Sequence record: NC_010105.1
Reading direction: 5' to 3' (one strand)
Length of the DNA: 64,000 bases
Source of the DNA: Escherichia phage JS98
The position numbers and the translations under genes are program-made. Within the stretch, counting starts at the first letter, position 1. The number at the start of each line of letters is the position of its first letter. A model generated the notes under the pieces. It was given only the letters and a program-made list of their open reading frames with translations, was not told the origin of the DNA and did no database searches. This document shows, one piece after another, positions 41,697 through 52,900 of this stretch.

Positions 41697-41760
41697 ATTA
41701 TTTACCTTAGCAGATTTTAGCAGTTGTATTTTATTAACAGTTTTTAACAGATTGAGTTAG
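41697..41760 (-). promoter_or_regulatory. Gene 32 5' leader with reiterated CUG(U/C)UAA(A) motifs (candidate translational operator)
   Basis: Leader contains ctgttaaaaa, ctgttaataaaa, ctgctaaaat, ctgctaagg immediately before the ATG. Confidence 0.4.
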
Positions 41761-41761
41761 T

Positions 41762-41789
41762 ATATTAACACATTTAATATGAAGCATTA
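41762..41789 (-). promoter_or_regulatory. MotA-dependent middle promoter of gene 32
   Basis: rc reads TTAATGCTTCA then 12 nt then TAATAT. Confidence 0.5.
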
Positions 41790-42440
41790 AAACTTACAAG
41801 ATTTGATAGTTTCAATGAACAATTTACGAGCTTCTAAATTATCGATTATAAGAATTTTCTTATAAGCATTTAATTTAGTCGAATACTTAGACCACACTAA
41901 ATCGTTGGTCTGTTCATCATGTTTATTTATTATATCCATAAATGAATCAAGCAAAATAAACGTTTCGAATGAAATAACATTCGATTGGAGGAGCTTAAAA
42001 ATATAGCTCGAGTTAACTTTTTTATTATACTCAAAAATTTCAGAAAGCGCTTGAACTTCCACTTTCTTACTGAAATAATAGATGTTTTTGATATCATCCT
42101 CAAAAACTTGTTTTATTCTTTTAAGTCTACCGATATATTCTCGGTAAAAGACTAAGGCGTCAGCATCACTGATGTCGCCAATCCATGCGTCTTGGTTAGC
42201 CACCAAGTTACTCATGAAGATAAGAGCAAGCTCTTTCAAAGTGTATTTATCACTCAATTTCTCGAAGAAATATTTGTCACGACGTTTTTGGTAAGCCGTA
42301 TCAGAGATTCGCATGACCCAGTTATATTTTATAACGTCGTATTTGGCATTGAAGTGATGTTTGAGCATTAAGTATAGTGAATATACGCTCTTACCATTCA
42401 CCATACGGTTATTGTTTGGTGGCATGCGAATCTTAATCAT
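41787..42440 (-). CDS. 59: Helicase loader gp59
   Basis: 217 aa; matches recalled T4 gp59 along most of its length. Confidence 0.92.
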   Translation of the reverse strand: MIKIRMPPNNNRMVNGKSVYSLYLMLKHHFNAKYDVIKYNWVMRISDTAYQKRRDKYFFEKLSDKYTLKELALIFMSNLVANQDAWIGDISDADALVFYREYIGRLKRIKQVFEDDIKNIYYFSKKVEVQALSEIFEYNKKVNSSYIFKLLQSNVISFETFILLDSFMDIINKHDEQTNDLVWSKYSTKLNAYKKILIIDNLEARKLFIETIKSCKF

Positions 42441-42739
42441 AACAAGAAATCCAGGGTATTAGTTTTTTGCGTTCGTGCCATTGAAGGACGAAGCAAGTTA
42501 TCATCAATGGCCTCGTTCATAATTTTATCAATAATTCCTGCAGGCAAATAACGAGCAAAGTTACCTTCAGGGATACTGTTCTCTTCCAACCATGCGGTAG
42601 CCGCTTCGAGATAGCTACATCCTTCAGCCTCAACAAAGGCCTCAATATCAAGGCCATTCTGTTGTTTATTTACCAATACATGGACAGGTTCAGAAGCGGT
42701 ATTAACCGCTCCATCAAAATCATTCAAAGATTGTGTCAT
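42437..42739 (-). CDS. 33: Late transcription accessory protein gp33
   Basis: 100 aa acidic protein at the T4 gene 33 position. Confidence 0.7.
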   Translation of the reverse strand: MTQSLNDFDGAVNTASEPVHVLVNKQQNGLDIEAFVEAEGCSYLEAATAWLEENSIPEGNFARYLPAGIIDKIMNEAIDDNLLRPSMARTQKTNTLDFLL

Positions 42740-42974
42740 ACAGTTCTACCACTTCAGTTTTTTCGTCTTCGAAACGTTCACGAGTGCCTTTATGATACAG
42801 GGAGAACAGCTGGTTAAACATTTTACCGTCTACACCAAGTTCAGTCTTAGCACGGTCTTTGATATCTTTAATTTCGTCACCATATGCTTCCATTTTTAAT
42901 TTAGTATCGGAAGCAGTTTTAATCAACTGGGCTAGGGTATTACCATGTTCTTCTTGGTTGAATTCAACTTTCAC
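42720..42974 (-). CDS. dsbA: dsDNA-binding protein DsbA
   Basis: 84 aa at the T4 dsbA position. Confidence 0.65.
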   Translation of the reverse strand: MKVEFNQEEHGNTLAQLIKTASDTKLKMEAYGDEIKDIKDRAKTELGVDGKMFNQLFSLYHKGTRERFEDEKTEVVELYDTIFE

Positions 42975-43000
42975 TTTTTCTTTTAGCCATTATATTCACC

Positions 43001-43948
43001 TTAATAAAAATCAGCTACTGTAGCAGTTAGTTTAGACAAACCTGATTTAACGAAATAAGGATAAACTTTAGATTTCGAAGGTTTGTTATACGTATTATAT
43101 CTTTCAGTAATTAAAGCAACAATATCATCTGGAATAAAGTCCATATCAATTAAGATTTGGTTTTCACAGAAACGTTCATATTGTTCCTCAGTAAGAAGTG
43201 TTTTAATTATATCACGGTCATAATAATTCAGAGCAATTGCTTCAAGTTCCTTAGCACGAGTGCTAGGAGTACGTTCACCTTCAACCATTGTCAACCAATA
43301 ATCACCACGAACTTTAATACTTGCAACGTTATCCTTGCGGTCACCTTTAATAACCTTAGTCACACAATCAAGCAGAGCATCACCAGATTTTGTTTTGACG
43401 AATTTTTTCTGCATTGGAGACCATTGTTTTACACCAGGGAATTTATGAAGTTGGGTAAAGTCACCATCAGAAGAACCAATCATAACCGGATGGCCTTTAG
43501 CCGTAAGGATACGAGTCAACACAGCAATATGGTCATCGGCCTCGATTGTATCGATATTCATAACAATATAAGGCATATTTTGTTCCAGTTCATCCACAAT
43601 AATATGCATTGCAGTGAATAAGCCTTCCCAATCAAATGGTGATTCGTCACGTGCCTTAGCACGGTTTTTCTTATAATAAGAAGAATAACGACGACGCCAA
43701 TAACCTGATTTAGAGTTATCAACACAAATGATTAGTTGGTTGTAACCTTGTTTTTTAAAGTCTTTAATGTTTTTCTTGATTGAATTCAAGACGAGATGTC
43801 GAAGCATTGCTGTTGTTACTTTAGGAAATCCAGCGTTTTCACCAAATTCTTGGAAGGCTGCCGCCATAATGATTTGGCTGAAATCCAGGAGTAAAAATCC
43901 ATCTTTTTGTTGGTCTTCTTCAGGAAGTAAAAAATCTAAATCGTTCAT
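43001..43948 (-). CDS. rnh: RNase H (5'-3' exonuclease, FEN family)
   Basis: 315 aa; matches recalled T4 RNase H motifs (SGYWRR, YKKNR, EADDHIAVL, SSDGDFTQLHK). Confidence 0.9.
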   Translation of the reverse strand: MNDLDFLLPEEDQQKDGFLLLDFSQIIMAAAFQEFGENAGFPKVTTAMLRHLVLNSIKKNIKDFKKQGYNQLIICVDNSKSGYWRRRYSSYYKKNRAKARDESPFDWEGLFTAMHIIVDELEQNMPYIVMNIDTIEADDHIAVLTRILTAKGHPVMIGSSDGDFTQLHKFPGVKQWSPMQKKFVKTKSGDALLDCVTKVIKGDRKDNVASIKVRGDYWLTMVEGERTPSTRAKELEAIALNYYDRDIIKTLLTEEQYERFCENQILIDMDFIPDDIVALITERYNTYNKPSKSKVYPYFVKSGLSKLTATVADFY

Positions 43949-43979
43949 ATGAACCTCTGTCCAATTAGTGTAGAAGGTT

Positions 43980-44008
43980 ATTATATCATGGCCCTGGAAG
44001 AAGTAAAC
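43980..44008 (-). promoter_or_regulatory. T4-type early promoter of rnh (GTTTAC-N17-TATAAT)
   Basis: rc motif with consensus -10 TATAAT. Confidence 0.55.
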
Positions 44009-44015
44009 ACTTTGC

Positions 44016-44023
44016 TATAAATA
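44016..44023 (+). promoter_or_regulatory. Late promoter TATAAATA (gene 34)
   Basis: Exact motif about 33 nt upstream of gene 34 ATG. Confidence 0.6.
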
Positions 44024-44055
44024 GTTCTATACCCTGAAAACGAAAAGGAAATAAA

Positions 44056-47000
44056 ATGGCTGATATTTTAAAACCTGCATTCCGTGCTACATCCGGACTC
44101 GATGCTGCGGGCGAGAAAGTTATCAATGTTGCCAAAGCCGATTACAATGTACTAGATGATGGCGTCAACGTTGAATTCTTTATAGATGAGAACACCATCC
44201 AGGCGTACGACGAGACGCGCGGATATAAGAAAGGGTTTGCAGTAATCCATGACCAACGTATTTGGGTTGCTCAACGTGATATCGCTGCACCAGCTGGAAC
44301 TTTTGTACCTGGTTATTGGACCGCTACCCGTACTGACCCTAAATGGATTACAGTAGCATCTCCTACGCGCCAGTTGGCTTCCGGTGAATATATTGCGGTG
44401 GACTCAGCTGCTAGCTTTACTACATTTACTCTGCCTCCTAACCCTACTGATGGCGATACCGTCGTAATCAAGGATATCGGTGGCCGTGTAGGTTATAATG
44501 AAATCAAGGTTCAATCTAGTTCTGCTCCAGGCGGCGGTAATCAGAAAATTGTTCGATTTGGTAACCAGTTCTCTGAAACTCTGATAACCAAACCTTTTTC
44601 TTATAACATGCTTATCTTTGCTAACCGTCTTTGGCATTTCTGGGAAGCAGGTAACGAAGAACGTGGTATTCGCGTAGAGCCTAATACTGCACAGTTCCAA
44701 GCTCAAGCGGGTGATAACGTTTTACGTCGTTATACTTCAGGTGCAGTAATTAAGTTTACTCTTCCTAAGTATGCGAACCAAGGTGACATGGTTAAAACCG
44801 TAGATATCGATGGTCTTGGAAGTAAGTTCCACTTAATAGTTGAAACCTTTGATGCATCGTCTTCATTAGGTAAGCCTGGCCAGCATAGCATGGAATTCCG
44901 TACCTCTGGTGATGGATTCTTTGTTTATAACTCTGTTGAAAAAATGTGGTATGTTTGGGACGGTGACCGTCAAACTCGTCTGCGTGTTATTCGTGATGAC
45001 GTAGAACTTTTGGCTAACGAAAGTATTATTGTTTTTGGTCCTAATAACACAACTCCACAAACTATTAACATCACTTTACCTACTAGCGTAGCGCAAGGCG
45101 ATACTATTAAAATCGCATTGAACTATCTTCGTAAAGCACAGACAGTAAATATTAAGGCTGCTGTAGGTGATAAAATTGCTTCTTCGGTTCAATTGCTCCA
45201 ATTCCCTAAACGTTCAGAATATCCACCAGATACTGAATGGGTGTTGAATGACGTATTGACCTTTAATGGTAATATAAGTTATACCCCGGTTATTGAACTG
45301 AGTTATATCGAAGACACCATTACAGGCGGTAAATATTGGGTTGTTGCCCAGAACGTTCCTACGGTAGAACGTGTAGATTCTAAGGATGATTTAACTCGTG
45401 CTCGTCTAGGTGTTATTGCCCTTGCGTCTCAGACCCAGGCAAACGTCGACCATGAAAATAATCCTGAAAAAGAACTTGCAATTACTCCTCAGACTTTAGC
45501 TAATCGTGTTGCCACTGAAACTCGTCGTGGTATTGCTCGTATTGCTACGACTGCTCAGGTGAACCAAGACACAACTTTCGCTTTCCAGGATGATTTGATT
45601 ATTTCTCCTAAGAAATTAAACGAACGTACTGCAACCGAAACTCGTCGTGGTGTAGCCGAAATTGCTACGCAACAGGAAACTGATGCTGGTGTTGACGATA
45701 CCACCATTATTACTCCTAAGAAGCTACAGACGCGCCAGGGCACTGAAAGTCTTTCAGGTATTGTAAAATATACCTCTACGGTGGACACCATTCCTGCGAC
45801 TGCTAGGGACACTGTAGGTACTAACGTTTACAATAAGAACGTAGGCAATTTGGTTATTTCTCCTAAAGCACTTGACCAGTATAAAGCTACTCAAGCCCAA
45901 CAAGGTACGGTATATCTTTCTACCCAGTCAGAAGTTAATACTGGACAGTCTGCTAGCGGATTTGCTAACAGTGCAGTTTCTCCTGAAACGTTGCATGCCC
46001 GTGTGGCTCTTGATACTCGTACAGGGTTAATTGAAATTGCTACGCAAGTAGAGACCGATACTGGAACAGATTATACTCGTGCGGTAACGCCTAAAACGTT
46101 AAATGATAGGAAAGCTACGGAAGGATTGACTGGTATTGCTAGAATTGCAACCCAAGCAGAATTTGATGCAGGCACGTTAGATAATGTTATTTCAACTCCG
46201 TTGAAAATTAAAACAAGACTTAATGATACTGCTAGAACTTCTGTCTCAGCAGCCAGTGGTTTGATTGAATCAGGAACCTTATGGAACCATTATACACTAG
46301 ATATTAGAGAAGCAAATGAGACCCAACGTGGTACGGCTCGTCTGGCTACCCAGACCGAAGTCAATGTTGGCACTGATGACAAAACCATCATCACTCCTTT
46401 GAAATTACACTCTAAAAAATCTACTGAAAGTTCTGAAGGTATTATTCGCGTTGCAACGAATACCGAAACCACTGCAGGAACTTCTAAAGTTCTGGCTGTA
46501 AGCCCTTCTGGTTTAAAATATGTAGTACAGTCCGAAACCACTTGGGAAGCTACTGCACTTCGTCGTGGATTTGTTAAATTGACCGAAGGTGCTTTGACTT
46601 ACTCAGGAAATAAAGTTACCGGTTCTGGTGTTAAATTTAACTCAGGTACAGGCCTTTATGAGAATGACGATACTGTTCTGAATGCAGCCAACTATCCTAA
46701 AACAGGTTATGCGGTTTCATCTTACGAGATGAATAAAACTTTACAGAACTTTTTACCTATAAATGCTACGGCTGTGAACTCCGAGAAATTGGATGGTCTG
46801 GATTCACTTCAGTTCATTCGTAGAGACGTCGACCAAACAGTTAATGGTTCTTTAACCCTGACCAAACAATTGAACCTGGCGGCTCCTCTGGTGTCTTCTA
46901 GTACTGCTAATATTACCGGCAACACTATTTTAGGTTCTCTGGAAGTAACCGGGAATTCTACTTTTAAAAATGATGTATCTGTTAGCTCAGGTAAATCTAT

Positions 47001-48105
47001 TAAATTTGTAGGACCACAGTCAGGTGCCGGTACTTGGAACTCTCAAGGCGATACTTTAGCTCCGATTTTTGCCGAGATAAATTCGACCCCGGATGCCAAG
47101 TTCCATCCTATTGTTAAACAACGTTTAGGGCAAGGTACATTCTCTTTAGGCACTGTAAACGATGGAACTCGTGATTTTAAAATACATTATCTTCCATCGC
47201 CGGGTTCTTTAGAATCTTCCTACTGGACCTTTAATACGACTGGTGACTTTGCTGTTAATAGTGGTTCCATTAGTATTTCTAAGAATGCTAATATCACAGG
47301 TATAACCACTTCTAACGGTGTTTCTACAACCACACTAAATGCTTCTGCTCTGTCTTCATTGCAAAACGTAACTACTTCAGGTACTATCGTTTCTACAGGG
47401 CAAGTATCGGCAAACAATGGTTTGGTTGCTCAAAAATACGTCCGCTCTGTTGGTGTTAAACCTACATTAGCATCCCAGGCCCCTACTGCAGAAACAGTTG
47501 GCTTCTGGTCTGTCGATATCAATGATTCGGCTACATTTAACCTGTTCCCAGGTTATTGGACGATGAAAACTAAACGTCAGGTTAATATCGATACGGTCCA
47601 AACTAAACCTGCAGGTGTTTCTGATGAGATATGGAATGCTTCTGGTTGGTTGACAGAAACGGGTGCATTTAGTTCCCCGGCTATTCGTTATCGTAACGAA
47701 GACGGTAGTTTTGGTGACGAAGTTCTCGGTACATCAGGTCAGAAATTACGTGGTACTTGGTTTGATTATTCTGTTCGTGATAAGGAAGTTAAATATCCTG
47801 GTACGTTAACACAGTTTGGTAATACATTGGATTCATGTTATCAGGATTGGGTGTGCTATCCTACAGGATTGAATGGTGGTACTATTCGTTATACTCGCAC
47901 CTGGCAGAAAAATAAAAACGCATGGACTACGTTCTCTATGGTCTATACCGCAGATAACCCTCCTTCTGCGGAAGAGGTTGGTGCATTGCCTGCTGATAAC
48001 GCTACAATGGGTAACATTACAATCCTTGATTGGTTACGTATTGGTAACGTTCGCATTATTCCTGACCCAGTAACCAAATCCGTTAAGTTTGAGTGGATTG
48101 AATAA
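44056..48105 (+). CDS. 34: Long tail fibre proximal subunit gp34
   Basis: 1349 aa; N-terminus resembles T4 gp34; repetitive beta-rich sequence. Confidence 0.88.
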   Translation: MADILKPAFRATSGLDAAGEKVINVAKADYNVLDDGVNVEFFIDENTIQAYDETRGYKKGFAVIHDQRIWVAQRDIAAPAGTFVPGYWTATRTDPKWITVASPTRQLASGEYIAVDSAASFTTFTLPPNPTDGDTVVIKDIGGRVGYNEIKVQSSSAPGGGNQKIVRFGNQFSETLITKPFSYNMLIFANRLWHFWEAGNEERGIRVEPNTAQFQAQAGDNVLRRYTSGAVIKFTLPKYANQGDMVKTVDIDGLGSKFHLIVETFDASSSLGKPGQHSMEFRTSGDGFFVYNSVEKMWYVWDGDRQTRLRVIRDDVELLANESIIVFGPNNTTPQTINITLPTSVAQGDTIKIALNYLRKAQTVNIKAAVGDKIASSVQLLQFPKRSEYPPDTEWVLNDVLTFNGNISYTPVIELSYIEDTITGGKYWVVAQNVPTVERVDSKDDLTRARLGVIALASQTQANVDHENNPEKELAITPQTLANRVATETRRGIARIATTAQVNQDTTFAFQDDLIISPKKLNERTATETRRGVAEIATQQETDAGVDDTTIITPKKLQTRQGTESLSGIVKYTSTVDTIPATARDTVGTNVYNKNVGNLVISPKALDQYKATQAQQGTVYLSTQSEVNTGQSASGFANSAVSPETLHARVALDTRTGLIEIATQVETDTGTDYTRAVTPKTLNDRKATEGLTGIARIATQAEFDAGTLDNVISTPLKIKTRLNDTARTSVSAASGLIESGTLWNHYTLDIREANETQRGTARLATQTEVNVGTDDKTIITPLKLHSKKSTESSEGIIRVATNTETTAGTSKVLAVSPSGLKYVVQSETTWEATALRRGFVKLTEGALTYSGNKVTGSGVKFNSGTGLYENDDTVLNAANYPKTGYAVSSYEMNKTLQNFLPINATAVNSEKLDGLDSLQFIRRDVDQTVNGSLTLTKQLNLAAPLVSSSTANITGNTILGSLEVTGNSTFKNDVSVSSGKSIKFVGPQSGAGTWNSQGDTLAPIFAEINSTPDAKFHPIVKQRLGQGTFSLGTVNDGTRDFKIHYLPSPGSLESSYWTFNTTGDFAVNSGSISISKNANITGITTSNGVSTTTLNASALSSLQNVTTSGTIVSTGQVSANNGLVAQKYVRSVGVKPTLASQAPTAETVGFWSVDINDSATFNLFPGYWTMKTKRQVNIDTVQTKPAGVSDEIWNASGWLTETGAFSSPAIRYRNEDGSFGDEVLGTSGQKLRGTWFDYSVRDKEVKYPGTLTQFGNTLDSCYQDWVCYPTGLNGGTIRYTRTWQKNKNAWTTFSMVYTADNPPSAEEVGALPADNATMGNITILDWLRIGNVRIIPDPVTKSVKFEWIE

Positions 48106-48113
48106 GAGGTATT

Positions 48114-49235
48114 ATGGAAAGATTTATGGCAGAATTTGGACAAGGATATGTCCAGGTTCCTACATTATCTGAAAACAATGCTGTAAGGTATAAACTTAGT
48201 ATAGCTGGTAGTTGTACTAAGTCTACTAAAAAAGCGTATGTTAAATTTCAAGATGGGGACTTCGGTCCCCAGAATTTTCAAAATGGACTAAACCTTATAG
48301 AAATTGATGTTAGTGCCGAACCTAAAGTGGTGGCTAACAAAACTTATAGCTTTACAAAAGATTTTGATGTTATCTCTGAAGCTTTTATTACTTACATAAG
48401 TTCAATACCGGCCAATAGAATAGTTTGTTTAGTATCTTCCGGTAGATTAAATGCTTCACAAAATCTTATTGATTGGTTCCGTGCAGCAGGAAGTACTGCA
48501 TTTCCATCTAAGTGGCTAATAGACCGCTTCGAGCCGTCTTATTCAGCTTTTTACGTGTCCGGTAGAAATACTATAGTGATGGAACACGTCCTTTATAATG
48601 ATGGGGTGCTTGTTGAAGATGTTTCTACACCATTAGAAGTCGTTTTTGACGATATCAGTGATGTAGGCGGGACCGGGTATCCTATAAGAATAGTAGAAGA
48701 TGAAAACACTTATCTAAGTAATGGTGGAGAAGAAATAAAACGTTTCCCTACCGAATCTCCTACTACTCCTTGCGCCGATTATAACATGAAGCCTGGGGAA
48801 TTCTTTTATCTTAAATTCCAAATGATGTGTGACCAGGAATTAAAAGATTTAGGGACCTCTCAGATGTCTGTTAGATTTTTTAATGCCTCAGGTGCTTTAA
48901 CAGGGTCGGTTAATATGGAAGTTCCACCTAATGTCCCTGCTGGGTCTTGGATGACTTTTGAGCGGGTAATTGAAGTTCCTGCTAATACTGAAACATTTAC
49001 ATTGTATGCAAGAAAAACAGTGGCCGATGGAGTTGGCGGTGTACGTAATGTGATGTTCGGGGAAGTATCAGAGCCAGAATCTCAACCTAAATCGGCCGAA
49101 TTTGGTGTAAATGGTATTCGTATGAATTTCGGTACCGAAACTAAGAATATGGGTACTACCATAGCCCAGTTATACGATAAAACAGGTACTAAACCAGGAC
49201 AGGTTTGGGTGTCTGAATTTAGAGAAAAATATTAA
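48114..49235 (+). CDS. 35: Long tail fibre hinge connector gp35
   Basis: 373 aa; T4 order 34-35-36-37. Confidence 0.8.
   Translation: MERFMAEFGQGYVQVPTLSENNAVRYKLSIAGSCTKSTKKAYVKFQDGDFGPQNFQNGLNLIEIDVSAEPKVVANKTYSFTKDFDVISEAFITYISSIPANRIVCLVSSGRLNASQNLIDWFRAAGSTAFPSKWLIDRFEPSYSAFYVSGRNTIVMEHVLYNDGVLVEDVSTPLEVVFDDISDVGGTGYPIRIVEDENTYLSNGGEEIKRFPTESPTTPCADYNMKPGEFFYLKFQMMCDQELKDLGTSQMSVRFFNASGALTGSVNMEVPPNVPAGSWMTFERVIEVPANTETFTLYARKTVADGVGGVRNVMFGEVSEPESQPKSAEFGVNGIRMNFGTETKNMGTTIAQLYDKTGTKPGQVWVSEFREKY
48254..48269 (+). other. GC-rich hairpin GGGGAC-TTCG-GTCCCC inside gene 35 coding sequence
   Basis: Perfect 6 bp stem with UUCG loop encoding DGDFGPQ, followed by AGAATTTTC. Confidence 0.3.
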
Positions 49236-49257
49236 GGAACCTTCGGGTTCCTTTTTC
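49236..49257 (+). terminator. Intrinsic terminator GGAACC-TTCG-GGTTCC + TTTTT after gene 35
   Basis: Perfect stem, UUCG loop, T5 tract. Confidence 0.7.
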
Positions 49258-49270
49258 GTTTTCTACAGCC

Positions 49271-49278
49271 ATAAATAT
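49271..49278 (+). promoter_or_regulatory. Possible late promoter (CATAAATA) for genes 36-37
   Basis: One mismatch to TATAAATA, about 33 nt upstream of gene 36. Confidence 0.35.
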
Positions 49279-49310
49279 ATAAAAGGCTATAACTCCCAAA
49301 GGAAACTCAA

Positions 49311-49958
49311 ATGGCAGATTTAAAATTAGGTTCTACAGCAGGAGGTTCGGTATTATGGCACCAAGGTAATTTCCCCTTAACGCCTGTATCAAATGACCTT
49401 CTTTACAAAACGTATAAAGTTTACACCGAGTATAATAAACCTCAAGCAGTTGATAACGATTTCGTTTCAAAAGCTAATGGTGGTAATTATAAGAACAACG
49501 TGTATTTTGAAAAAGGTTTGACCTTTAATGATACTAATGGATATGGTATTAAATTAGGAGCAAGAACCGGCGGAGCCCCTTTCACAGCTTCTTTCCGTAT
49601 TAAAGGTGCTTTTGGATATGAAACGGAAGATGGTACTCCGTTTATGATATTTGACCCAAATACAACAGTTGGTGCTAAACGTCTTACTGTAATGGGTGAT
49701 TCGTTATTCCGTCAAGTTTATGATGAATCAGGCCGCGTATTCAGCCCAGGCAACACCCCTACTAAAGCTCAAGTTGGATTGTCATTAGTAGATAACGCAA
49801 AACAGGTCCAAATAAATAATACTAATATGCAAACAATGACTGGGGTACTTGCGGCTCCTAACTTCATTTCATTAAATCCGGCCTCTGACGCAGGACATGT
49901 TCCGCGTTTCGACCAGATTGTTATTAAAGATTCTATCCAAGATTTTGGTTATTATTAA
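49311..49958 (+). CDS. 36: Long tail fibre hinge connector distal gp36
   Basis: 215 aa; T4 position. Confidence 0.8.
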   Translation: MADLKLGSTAGGSVLWHQGNFPLTPVSNDLLYKTYKVYTEYNKPQAVDNDFVSKANGGNYKNNVYFEKGLTFNDTNGYGIKLGARTGGAPFTASFRIKGAFGYETEDGTPFMIFDPNTTVGAKRLTVMGDSLFRQVYDESGRVFSPGNTPTKAQVGLSLVDNAKQVQINNTNMQTMTGVLAAPNFISLNPASDAGHVPRFDQIVIKDSIQDFGYY

Positions 49959-49966
49959 GAGGCATT

Positions 49967-52900
49967 ATGGCTACTTTAAAACAGATACAATTTAAAAGAA
50001 GTAAAGTAGCTGGTGTACGTCCTACGCCAGCGCAGTTGGCTGAAGGCGAGCTGGCTATTAACTTAAAAGACCGTTTGTTATTTACCAAAGATGACACTGG
50101 AGCGATTATCGACCTTGGCTTTGCTAAAGGTGGTAATATTGATGGTAATGTTATTCATAACGGTAATTACAATCAAACTGGTGATTATACTCTTAACGGT
50201 GTATTTACTCAAATTGGTGATTTCAATCTCAATGGCATTGCTCGTGTAACTCGTGACATCATTGCAGCCGGGCAGATAATGACCCACGGTGGAGAACTTA
50301 TTTCTAAGAGTGCCTCAACTTCTCACCTTCGTTTCTTTGATGGCAATGACCGTGAACGTGGTATTATCTTTTCTCCTAATAACGCAGGAGCAACCAACCA
50401 AGTAGTTAATATTCGCGTACAAGATTATTCTACCGCAAGCGAAAGCACTTATGCATTTTCAGGCAATGGTTTGTTCACTTCACCTGAAGTATCAGCATGG
50501 AAATCTATTTCGTCTCCACAAGTTCTGACCGATAAAGTTATTACAAATGGGAAGAAGACGGGCGATTATGATATCTATTCATTAGCAAATAACACTCCAT
50601 TTGAAGAAGGCGAAACGGCTATTAACCACCTCCGTGTTATGCGAAATGCTGTAGGAGCAGGTATTTTCCACGAAGTTAATGTTAATGACGGAATAACCTG
50701 GTATTCCGGAGATGGCTTAGACACTTATCTTTGGTCGTTTAACTGGGCCGGTGGATTGAAAGCCGGTCATTCTATTTCTGTAGGTCTTCCAGGCGGTTCT
50801 AAAGGATATTCTGAATTAGGAACAGCTTCAATTGCCCTCGGTGATAATGATACCGGATTTAAATGGCATCAAGATGGGTATTTCTTTAGCGTTAATAACG
50901 GCACAAAAACTTTCCTTTCTGGCCCGGCGGAAACCACCAGTCTTAGAAAAATGGTTATGGGTTATTCTGTAAACGGTGCCGATTTAACCACTCCTCCGGT
51001 GGAAAACTATGCTTTGGCTACTGTTGTCACTTATCATGATAATAACGCATATGGTGATGGTCAAACTCTTTTAGGATATTATCAAGGTGGAAATTATCAC
51101 CACTATTTCCGTGGTAAAGGTACTACAAACGTTAATACCGCTGGCGGTTTGTTAGTTACTCCTGGTAATATTGATGTTGTTGGTGGTTCAGTTAATATTG
51201 ATGGTCGCAACAACGCTTCGACTCTTTTGTTCAGAGGAAATACAACAGGAAATAGTTCAGTTGATAATATGACTATCAGCGTTTGGGGTAACACTTTTAC
51301 TAATGTTGCCGGCGACCGTAAAAACGTAATGGAAATATCTGATGACGTCGGTTGGATGCATTATATTCAGCGCAAAACCGATGGCAAAGTTGAAGCCCAT
51401 TTAAACGGTACCTTAGGTGTAAATGAAAGTATAAATGTCGGTAAGGAAGTTAATGTCTCCGGTACTATTGCAGGTAATGCTGTAAACGCTCTTAGAATTT
51501 GGAACGACGATTATGGTGCTATTTTCCGCCGTTCAGAAACAAGTCTTCATATTATTCCAACAGAATTTGGTCAAGGTAAAACAGGCGATATTGGTTACCT
51601 TCGTCCTTTAAGTATAGATTTGAGCAACGGTAAGGTTGTTATTCCTGACCTAGATTTGAGCTATGCTTCTTTTGCAGCTAACGGTTATATTAAATTTGGT
51701 GGTCATGGTGCGGGCGCAGGCGGTTACGATATACAGTATTCACAAGCAGCTCCTATTTTCCAAGAAATTGACGATGACGCAGTAAGTAAATATTATCCTA
51801 TTGTTAAGCAGAAATTCTTACAAGGAAAAGCTGTTTGGTCTTTAGGTACTGAAATTAATTCCGGGACTTTTGTTTTGCATCATATAAAAGAAGACGGGAC
51901 CCAGGCTCATACCTCAAGATTTAATGCTGATGGTACAGTTAACTTCCCCGATAACGTGCAGGTTGGTGGTGGTGAAGCTACTATTGCTCGAAACGGTAAT
52001 ATCTGGTCCGATATTTGGAAAACGTTTACTTCAGCAGGCGATGTAACTAATATTCGCGATGCTATTGCCTCCCGTGTGGCCAAAGAAGGTGATACGATGA
52101 CCGGCCGCTTAACTCTTAATGCAAACTCGGATGCTATTGTTATTAACAGTGCTGCAACCGAATCTGGTTATGTGAAAGGACAAAAAGCTGGTGTTGATAA
52201 CTGGTATGTAGGCAATGGCGGCGCTGATAACGCCCTATCGTTTTATAGTTTCCGAACTAATTCAGGCGTTAATATTCATAATAGTGGGGAAATTGCTTTA
52301 GCTCCTCAAGGGTCGGATACTTTTTATTTTAATAGGGACCGTCTTTATATAAAGGGTTCACAATGGGCTGCACACCAGGCTGGCGATTGGGGAAACCAAT
52401 GGAAGCAAGAAGCCCCTGTGTTTGTAGATTTTGGTAATGTTGGTAATGATAGTTATTATCCGATTATCAAAGGAAAATCTGGTATTACTAACGAAGGATT
52501 CGTATCCGGTGTAGATTTTGGTATGCGCCGCATCACTAATACATGGGCGCAAGGTATTATTCGTGTAGGTAACCAGGAAAACGGTTCCGACCCGCAAGCT
52601 ATCTATGAATTCCACTCTAATGGTACTTTTTATGCTCCAAGCTTACTTAAGAGCAACAGAGTATCGGCTGGCGGTGGAGACCCTGTATGGGGTGGACCGT
52701 GTATTGTTATCGGCGATAATGACACAGGTCTAGTTTGGGAAGCAGATGGTATTTTCAACGCATATGCAAACGGCCAAGGCGTATTCAGTTTTAGAGCTGG
52801 TCTCGCACAAACGTTCTTTAACGTAGCGTTACACTGTAACGCCGGGATGTATGTTCGTGATAACATCGATGTTAACGACGTTTATATTCGTTCTGATATT

